Of a stretch of 64,000 bases of DNA, positions 21,403 through 29,800 are shown one piece after another. Location of the stretch: assembly GCA_965224195.1 (NCBI GenBank), contig OZ245040.1, positions 640,001-704,000 on the forward strand, given 5' to 3'. This DNA comes from Nitrosopumilus sp. (lineage in GTDB: Archaea > Thermoproteota > Nitrososphaeria > Nitrososphaerales > Nitrosopumilaceae). Made by a program: the position numbers and the translations under genes. Positions within the stretch are counted from its first letter, which is position 1. Each line of letters starts with the position of its first letter. Below the pieces are notes generated by a model that did not search any database, was not told the origin of the DNA, and saw nothing but the letters and a program-made list of their open reading frames with translations.

Positions 21403-22581
21403 TTATTTCGAGTTTTGTTTAGACAATTCCATCAAACTTTTAATTTTATTTTCACCTAATTGTAAATCAATTCCAGCTTGTTCAGCAGGTGTTTTCTTTA
21501 GTGATGAATGTATTCTTACAAAGTTGTAATGAATCCTCATAGATTCAATTATTTTCTGAGCTGAATCTTTTGTTTGCATACCTCTCATTACTTTCTCTCT
21601 GTCTCTCATTGTTCCATTCAATCTTTCAACACGAGAGTTTAATCCCTCATTTCTAACTGAAATGCTACGAATATTTTTTACTCTAGGGTTTTTTAATGTA
21701 AAAAATTCTTTTTGGAAAGCTTCGTTGTATGATGGTAAACCATCATGAATCACAGCGTATGTTTTGTCACTTTTTGTTTTAGCATCTGCAAAAACTTTTC
21801 TTGCATCTGATACTTCACGTCTTTGACTCACCATACTGCTAACCCAAAATCTTGATGATTCATCTAGATAGTTCCACAACCATTGATAGTGACCTTTGCC
21901 AATTTCTTCACGTCGTGTATGTACTACCATCTCATCAACTTCAAAAACTCCACCCATTTTTGGGCTCAATGAATCAACAAAAGGAGATACAACTTCACCA
22001 AATCTTTGAACCCATCTAAGCACAGAAACATTTGATACTTTTACCCCATAGAATTATTTGACATGATCAGCCACTTTTCTCAGGCTCACACCCTTGAAAT
22101 AAAGGTCAATACACGCACAAATTAGCTTGGGGTCTTTCTTGCAGTTCTCAAATCCTATGTTAATGACAAATCGATATTCACAATCTCGACATAGATATTT
22201 TTGAGAATCTCCTTTTTTGTTATGTCGTACACCATCTTTGACTAATTTCTCACTAGAACATTTTAGGCATTTTTTAGAATCTAAAGTATGTAGGATTCCG
22301 TTTTGAGGTACTATCTTTTCTCGAAGTTTCTTGGAAAAAATAACTATCCATGCGTGTTTGCATTGAATACGTCGGTACACCCAATCTTTGCAAGTACAAC
22401 TCCAATGTCCGTCTTGACGCCCATTTAGATTGTGACCGTATTCTTTTCTTACTGTATACCAAACATCATCACCAGACTCCGATCTAACTTGATAGTGTAA
22501 TTTATTGATTCTCTTGATCGCATCTTCTCTGTTTGCAAGTCTTAATCCTCGTATCTCTCTAGGTTCTAACTTTTGGTACAT
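21403..22581 (-). pseudogene. SWIM-zinc-finger + IS1-like Zn ribbon + IS6-like DDE integrase/transposase, split by one in-frame stop at 22054-22056
   Basis: SWIM motif CTCKD...CKH, CLKC...YLCRDC, then VDE, HDGLPSY, N.RVERLNGT and HYNFVRIH.SL..TPAE. The two listed ORFs are in the same frame. Confidence 0.85.
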
Positions 22582-22585
22582 ACTA

Positions 22586-22636
22586 TAGTATATACTACCA
22601 ATGTATATAAATTTTAATATACTGTGGTATATACCA
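22586..22636. promoter_or_regulatory. Palindromic operator-like sites between divergent genes
   Basis: TAGTATATACTA (22586-22597) and TGGTATATACCA (22625-22636) lie in a ~60-bp divergent intergenic region. Confidence 0.5.
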
Positions 22637-22642
22637 ATAAAC

Positions 22643-22798
22643 ATGGTTGACCAAGCTGATGTTAAAATCTACAAGGTAGGTAATAGACACAGCATAAACT
22701 TGCCTAGTAATTTGGTTAATGACAGTTCATTTCCATTTGAACCAATTGAGAATCTAAAAATTAAGATTGACGGTAAGAAATTAGTCATAACACGTTAA
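22643..22798 (+). CDS. AbrB/MazE-like DNA-binding protein
   Basis: Pattern KIYKVGNRHSINLP...F.....KIKIDGKKLVIT. Confidence 0.75.
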   Translation: MVDQADVKIYKVGNRHSINLPSNLVNDSSFPFEPIENLKIKIDGKKLVITR

Positions 22799-22829
22799 TC
22801 AAAACGTACACAAAAAAGAATTTGAGATA

Positions 22830-23126
22830 TTATGCTTCTATGGTGGTGTCTACTAATTGATCTAGATACAAATTAAGTGCTTTTTCCATATTAACACCAA
22901 TAGTAGTCAATGAATAAATAACAAAATTTCTTCCAGTTTTATTTTTTGTAGATGATGGCTCAATAATTTCATAATTTTTTAATAAACTCATTTTTTTAGA
23001 TAATGTTGCATCTGAAATGTTCAGATTATCTTTAAGATCTTGGTATCTTTGATTGGGATTTGATTTTAGATTTTTTAAAATATCAGCTATAATTGGGTCA
23101 AGTAAGAATTTATTATTTACAGACAT
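22830..23126 (-). CDS. Winged-helix (HxlR-like) regulator
   Basis: Pattern RYQDL...L.ISDATLSKK...L....II and YSLT..G. Confidence 0.8.
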   Translation of the reverse strand: MSVNNKFLLDPIIADILKNLKSNPNQRYQDLKDNLNISDATLSKKMSLLKNYEIIEPSSTKNKTGRNFVIYSLTTIGVNMEKALNLYLDQLVDTTIEA

Positions 23127-23248
23127 GAACCACTACTTTTCTTAGTGTATAAATATGTAATAAGGGTAACTTTAGTCAGCCAAAGTAAGCTTTTGTCAAA
23201 CAAACTATACTTTAGCTATATTATTTAGCAGTATAACCGTGATCAAGC

Positions 23249-23368
23249 ATGGCGAAAAAATACGTCTACAAAGACTGCCACAAGACATCTTCAGGAAAGT
23301 CGTCTTGTACAAGAGTCTCAAAAACACCTGCACGAAAAAGCAGTGTTAAATTCACTAAACGAAAGTGA
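23249..23368 (+). CDS. Small, very basic 39-aa peptide
   Basis: MAKKYVYKDCHKTSSGKSSCTRVSKTPARKSSVKFTKRK, divergent from the HxlR-like gene. Confidence 0.35.
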   Translation: MAKKYVYKDCHKTSSGKSSCTRVSKTPARKSSVKFTKRK

Positions 23369-23865
23369 GAAATAGATATCTATTCTAGGCGAGCAGATTA
23401 TTCTAAATCCTTTCTTTTTTTTAAAATACTCCTATAAAGGAATTCATGCCTATCAGTCGAAACGTAGCACGAGAAGAAATCAGCCGTATTCATAGCAGAA
23501 CTATAAGTCAAAAAATAATTAAATTTGATCTTTATCCCATTCTTTCCATTTTTTAGCAATGCTTTCGTAGTGTCGGTTTACCATCACCATAATCAACACT
23601 GTCATAAGTAACTAAAGAATTTTCATCAGCATTAAAAATTAAAAGTGATTCTAAAATAGTAGGTCTCTCTGCTGCAGTTACGCCATAATCAAAGATGTTT
23701 TCTGTAACTTTTGTCACTTCATCAATATTATAGCCCCTGATGATTTCTTGGGATTCAATTTTTTGTTCGCCTGTTATGTTCATAATTATTAAACGCATAA
23801 CATTTGTTTAAACATTTTAAGTTTAAACATATAAAGTTTATAAATTAAAGATTACAAAAAATAGT

Positions 23866-24015
23866 ATGAGTGTAAAAGCAGAAGGTGATTACTGGAAGCA
23901 TACTTGTCTAATATGTGAATTAATTTGGTATTCTAAAAATGAAAATCCTAAAGTTTGTAGCAATACCGAATGTACCAATAGAACAAACTGGAAAACAGGA
24001 AAAAGGAGACAATAA
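23866..24015 (+). CDS. 49-aa Cys4 zinc-ribbon microprotein
   Basis: HTCLICELIWYS...PKVCSNTEC..RTNWK; ends 7 bp before the purD ATG. Confidence 0.65.
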   Translation: MSVKAEGDYWKHTCLICELIWYSKNENPKVCSNTECTNRTNWKTGKRRQ

Positions 24016-24022
24016 AAACTAC

Positions 24023-25366
24023 ATGAATAAATATAAAAAAAAATTCTTAATTGTTGGTTCAGGTGGCCGTGAAAGCGCGTTTGCAACTAGACTTGCAGAA
24101 GATATAGAATTGTATGCATTTATTGGCCACAAAAACAAAACAATAATTGATTGTGTAAATCAAACAAATGGAAAATATGAAATTGGAAATACCAATGATC
24201 CGAATCAAATTTTAGAATTTGCAAAAACCAATAAAATTGATTATGCCTTTGTTTCTGCAGATGAGCCGCTAGCTAATGGTGTTATTAATATTTTAATTTC
24301 AAATAATATCAAGGCAATTGGTGGTACAAAAGAAGCTGCACGAATAGAATGGGACAAAGTGTATTCTATTGAAATGATGCAAAAAATATGTCCTGAATTT
24401 ACGCCTTTTTACCAAATTATCTCAAAACCAGCAGAATTGAATGATGCGTTACATGAATTTGAATTACGAGGTTTACAAGTTGTAGTAAAACCACAGGGTC
24501 TTACAGGTGGCAAAGGTGTAAAAGTAATGCCAGAACATTTGGCAACTTGGCAAGACTGTACTGATTATGCCTCATTACTACTCAAACAATACCCAGATGA
24601 GCAAGTACTATTAGTTGAAAAATTAGAAGGCATAGAATTTACAATTATGGGAATTACTGACGGTACAAATCTTGTAATTTCACCGGCAAGCTATGACTAT
24701 CCATTTAGATATGAGAATGACGTTGGCGCTGGAACTGGCGGCATGGGCTGTTTTACAAGCAATGAAAAAAAATTACCATTTATGACAGATGATGATTTAG
24801 AAAATTGTAAATTTATTATGCAAAAAATCATAGATGAAATACGACATAGAGATTATTTTTTTAATGGCGTACTAAATGGCGGATTTTTCAAGACTAAGGA
24901 TGGCATCAAATTTATGGAATTTAATGGCCGTTTTGGTGATCCAGAAGGCCTGAATATACTCAGTATTCTTGAAGGCTCTTTCTCTGAACTTTTAATCCAT
25001 ATTTGGAACAAAACACTGTCAGATAATGTAATATCATTTATCAAAAAAGCAAGTGTAACAAAGTACTTGGTAGCAAAAGAATACCCAAATGAAAGTCAAG
25101 AAACAAGTTCTTTTTTTATTGATGAAAAACAAATTAATCAGCTTGGCGTAAAAATATATTTTGGTTCCTGTGTTCAGACAGGCCAGCATGAATATCAAAC
25201 TTTAAAAAAATCAAGAGTTGTTGCTTTTAGTAGCATTTCAGATGTTATTTCAGATGCCTCAGATATAATAAATTATGTAATTGATACCCATGTATCTGGT
25301 TCATTGGAATACAGACGTGATATTGGTGCTAAAAAAAGCCTGCAAAAACTTGAACAATTGCTATAA
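24023..25366 (+). CDS. purD: Phosphoribosylamine--glycine ligase
   Basis: Motifs LIVGSGGRE, VVVKPQGLTGGKGV, GTGGMG, EFNGRFGDPE and YRRDIG. The likely start is the ATG at 24023. Confidence 0.92.
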   Translation: MNKYKKKFLIVGSGGRESAFATRLAEDIELYAFIGHKNKTIIDCVNQTNGKYEIGNTNDPNQILEFAKTNKIDYAFVSADEPLANGVINILISNNIKAIGGTKEAARIEWDKVYSIEMMQKICPEFTPFYQIISKPAELNDALHEFELRGLQVVVKPQGLTGGKGVKVMPEHLATWQDCTDYASLLLKQYPDEQVLLVEKLEGIEFTIMGITDGTNLVISPASYDYPFRYENDVGAGTGGMGCFTSNEKKLPFMTDDDLENCKFIMQKIIDEIRHRDYFFNGVLNGGFFKTKDGIKFMEFNGRFGDPEGLNILSILEGSFSELLIHIWNKTLSDNVISFIKKASVTKYLVAKEYPNESQETSSFFIDEKQINQLGVKIYFGSCVQTGQHEYQTLKKSRVVAFSSISDVISDASDIINYVIDTHVSGSLEYRRDIGAKKSLQKLEQLL

Positions 25367-25459
25367 AATTAACTGCCAAAACAATTTACACAGACTAGCC
25401 TATCATCATCATCAATACAGAATGTTTCAGTGTGCCAGAATATTGGGATGAGTTTGATT

Positions 25460-25651
25460 TCATTTGTCTTCATCCTTTTTCTTTGATCTAATTGCAATAC
25501 AATCATCATACAATTCTACAATATTTGTTTCATTTACTTTTAATGGAAAATTTGGACTTGATGCAATTGCCATTGGCAAATAATGCGCCTTCTCTTTTGC
25601 TTTTAATTTGATTAAACGACCCTCTGCAGATGCAATTATTTTTTTAGTCAT
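25460..25651 (-). CDS. AbrB-like small protein
   Basis: Swapped-hairpin-like pattern HYLP..IA..PNFPLK......VEL..DCIAIR. Confidence 0.5.
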   Translation of the reverse strand: MTKKIIASAEGRLIKLKAKEKAHYLPMAIASSPNFPLKVNETNIVELYDDCIAIRSKKKDEDK

Positions 25652-26099
25652 TTTTCATATCAGCCTCTACCATGCCTTTAGTGGCCAAATACCGCCAGCT
25701 GGTGGAATTAAAGCCGTTCTTGGACAGACAGTCAAGATTACTAGTCGAAAACAATTCAGAGTAGATCATAATCCTGCAAACAAATTTGACACACCTGATA
25801 CAGATGGAAAAGTAACAAAATATGTTGTCATCACTGAAGAACCATATTCTGCATTAGTAAAAGGTGAGACAATAAAAGTATCAAGTTTCTTTGCATCACA
25901 AAGTCACTATGACCAATTGAAAAATCTTGTACCGGATGGAAAATCTGAAACATTAGATAAAATGTTTGAAGATGGTAAAATTTCACCTGAAATAGTACCA
26001 TGCAAAGTAAAAGGTGGAACTTGTGGGAAATATTTTACCTGGCTAACACCTGAAGCACATGCAAAGGCACAAGCTAATGGCGACTTGTACAAAGAATAG
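25608..26099 (+). CDS. Hypothetical protein, virus/plasmid-like (true start uncertain, ~25670)
   Basis: 163-aa open frame divergent from the AbrB-like gene and followed by a T-rich terminator-like tract. Confidence 0.5.
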   Translation: MIKRPSADAIIFLVIFHISLYHAFSGQIPPAGGIKAVLGQTVKITSRKQFRVDHNPANKFDTPDTDGKVTKYVVITEEPYSALVKGETIKVSSFFASQSHYDQLKNLVPDGKSETLDKMFEDGKISPEIVPCKVKGGTCGKYFTWLTPEAHAKAQANGDLYKE

Positions 26100-26772
26100 G
26101 AGAAATCCTTCTTTTTTATTTTTTTCCTACATTAAAATCCATTAAATCACACTAATACCAATTAAAATTGAAGTTAGATATTGAATTAGCATGTATACTA
26201 TGGCACTTGGCCAATTAAGGCAAAGACGCAATGAACCGGGCCATATTTGGGCTCAACACAAACACAGATCAGTTAGAAAAGGTAAAAACGTAATTCATAA
26301 AAATTCATGCCCAACACTATTTTTTGGTATTATAGAATCACAACCAGATAATATTATACTTTTATAACAGATGCACCTGCAAGCTCAAAGTCTTTGCCAC
26401 CAACAGATGCAAAAATAGCAGCAGATACAGTCTCGTAAATATATGCCGTATAATTTTGAAACTCTGCACCGCATGCAGAACGCATTACCAAGTCATTTAT
26501 TTTCTCATTGTGAACATCATATGCAATGCGGCATTTATTTGCAAACCCGTCACAGTTCAATTGTGACAGTCTGCTGTTTCATATGCGCTTATGCCTTACC
26601 TTAGATGAGCATACTCTAGTGTCAAATACTAACGCTTGGACTGTTGTTACAGTCCTCTTTTCAAGAATTTAAGACAAGACAAGCTGGCAAAACCCAGATT
26701 ACAAAATGATTAAATACATGTGTTTTCTGGTTAATATGTGCATATTGCTTATATCTTGCCTATCACTGATTT

Positions 26773-26807
26773 GGGGGGGGGGGGTGTGTGTGCGTGTGCG
26801 TGCGTGC
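26773..26807 (+). repeat. G12 homopolymer followed by a (TG/CG) alternating tract
   Basis: GGGGGGGGGGGG then TGTGTGTGCGTGTGCGTGCGTGC, ending 88 bp upstream of the giant gene ATG. Confidence 0.9.
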
Positions 26808-26894
26808 AGAAGCGAGACTCCCATTGCCTGAATATTTTGTAGCCCAAAGTCCTGCCTTTCTTGATGGCATGACGATGACGGAGTCTTTGTAGCC

Positions 26895-29800
26895 ATGGCT
26901 CCAAAGAGTGTCTTTTTGCTGTTTTTGCTTTTCTCAGTTCTTGCATTGTCTGGCATGTCTCTTGTGTCTGCACAGGCACCATCACCGGGCAGTCCTGTTG
27001 CAGTTACACCTGATAGCACCCCGCCAACCTTCGAGTCAGCAGCACTGGATGAGGGAACCGGAGTTTTGGCAATAACTTTTAATGAGATAATTGCAAACGA
27101 GGGCTTTGACTTGTCTACTGCCGTCTATACAGACAACTCTTTCTCAGTATCTAACAAGGACAACTCTCCAACAGGTATGGCATTCAACACAAATGGAACA
27201 AAGATGTTTGTTGTAGGTTATAATACTGGCAAAATCTACGAGTACGAATTAACTACTCCCTTTGACGTATCCTCCTCCGACTATAAACGCGATTTCTCAG
27301 TATTTTCAGAGGAAAACACTCCAGAAGGCGTGGCATTCAACCCTGCTGGAACAAAGATGTTTGTTGTAGGTGCTGGCAGTGATAAGGTCAATGAGTACAC
27401 ATTAACTACTCCCTTTAACTTATCCACTGCCTCCTATACACGCAATTTCTCAGTATCTTCAGAGGACACGTATCCAGAAGGCGTGGCATTCAACCCGGCT
27501 GGAACAAAGATGTTTGTTGTAGGTTCTAATTATGGTAATGTCTACGAGTACACATTAACTACTCCCTTTAACGTATCTACTGCCGCCTATACAGACAACT
27601 CTTTCTCAGTATCTAACAGAGACACGTCTCCGTCAGGTGTGGCATTTAACCCGGCTGGAACAAAGATGTTTGTTGTAGGTTATGATGGTCACAATGTTAA
27701 CGAGTACACATTAACTGCTCCATTTGACATATCCAATGTCTCCCATACAGGCACTCTCTTAGTACGTTCACAGGACGGGACTCCGGCAGATGTAGCATTC
27801 AACCCTGCTGGAACAAAGATGTTTGTTGTAGGTTATTCTGGCGGGAATATCCACGAGTATGCATTGTCTACTCCAGTTGACCTATCCAAATTATTCATCA
27901 GTGAGTTAGCAAGTGTTAATGGTACCGGCACGGTACTGACTGGTGCCAGCATTGAAACTGTCGGCAACAGCGCCTCCATAGAGATCAAGATGACCGAATC
28001 CCAAAGGCAGTCAGTCATTGCATTGGCTACCCCAGAACTGGACATCATGGCAGCAGCAGTATCTGATGTTTCAGGCAATCAAATAGTTGCAGCACTAGAC
28101 AATATCATTGCAGTAACTAACAGTGTAGCAGCAGTATCACCACCACCACTTGCTGCGCCAACTGGCCTTTCAGTGGCAGTACAGGGCACCACAGCTACCA
28201 TCACCTGGACTGCACCTGCAATATCGGCCAATTCATTCTATGACATTAATTCCGTATCCTATATCGTGAATGTCACTGATACTGCTGCTGGCACCACCGT
28301 ACCGTATACCGTACCTGCTGGCACCACTACCACACATACGGCAACAAACCTGATACCGGGCAAATCTTATGAGGTAACCGTAGAGGCAAAAGCCTTGTTG
28401 TCAGATTCAACCGTTCTGTCCTCCCAACCTACCGCAGCTGTATCCTTTGCTGTGTCTGAACCTCCATCACTTGATGCTCCAACCAACCTTTCAGTGGCTG
28501 TATCTGGCACCACAGCTACTATTACTTGGACTGCACCTACAGTGGATACCAATGACTTCTATACCATTAATAATGTGAGTTATCAAGTGACTGTCCTTGA
28601 TTCTGACGGTTCTGGTGCTGCATCAAGTGGTTCTATAACTGGCACCTCATATACGGCAACAAACCTGACACCGGGTGAGTCATACAATGTATATGTAGTT
28701 GCATATGCTGTCGTTGGATCAAGCTATACTGTGGAATCAGTTGAGGTATCTGCCTCCTTTAATATGCCTGCAGCAGCAGTAGTAGTAGTAGATAGCGGTG
28801 CAGGCACACCGCCATCACCAGATCAGATTAAAGTACAAAATTTAGAGATAGAAAAAACAGGTAACAAAAGAGTTACTTTAACATGGAAAGCACCAGCAAA
28901 TTCAGGTGATAAAGAATTAGATTATTATAGTATCTCATACAATTGTCCTGCTACTCATGGTACAAAATATACTGAGATTCATACTGGCTTTACATCTGTG
29001 TCTATAGATAATTTGGATATAAGCGGCATATGCAGGTTTCAAGTAACTCCAATATATCCTTCTGGTGGTGGTGTTAATAGTCTAATATTTCCTGGTGTTG
29101 ATGGTGGTGTTACTGATAAAGGATTATCAGCTCCTCTAAAAGACATACCATTTACTGAAACACCAAAAGACATACGATTAACTGCTGCAATGAGTGGCAG
29201 TGATGCAATCAAGGTGTCATGGCTTCCAATATCCAGTGATATAGTTTTTTATGAACTGTCTTTGGGTGATGGTGATGACTCACGCGGATTTCAGCCTTTA
29301 AAGGACTTTAAATATGAAGATGATAGGCCAACATCACAAATAATTAAAAACGTTGATCCTGGACGTACATATACTATTTACTTGGTTCTATACAATTATG
29401 AGGGCTCGGTACATTCTACTACTTTTATTAAATATACAGTACCTGTTGACAGCATCCCGCCAAAATTAGAGTCAGCCGCACTGGATGAGGAAACAGGAGT
29501 CCTGACAATAACTTTTGATGAGATAATAGCAAACGAGGGCTTGTCTACTGCCCCCTTTGATTTATCCAAACTGTTCATCAGTGAGTCGGGAAGTGTTAAT
29601 GGTACCGGCACGGCACTGAGCGGTGCCAGCATTGAAACTGTCGGCAACAGCACCTCCATAGAGATCAAGCTGACCGAATCCCAAAGACTGGCAGTCATTG
29701 CATTAACTGTCCCAGAACTGGACATCCTAGAAGCGGCAGTATTTGATGTTTCAGGCAATCAAATAGCTGCGGCACTAGACAATGCCATTGCAGTAACTAA

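Noticed and set aside
27130-27870. Regularly spaced ~150-bp repeats resembling an array
   Set aside because: They are in-frame coding beta-propeller blades, not CRISPR repeats.
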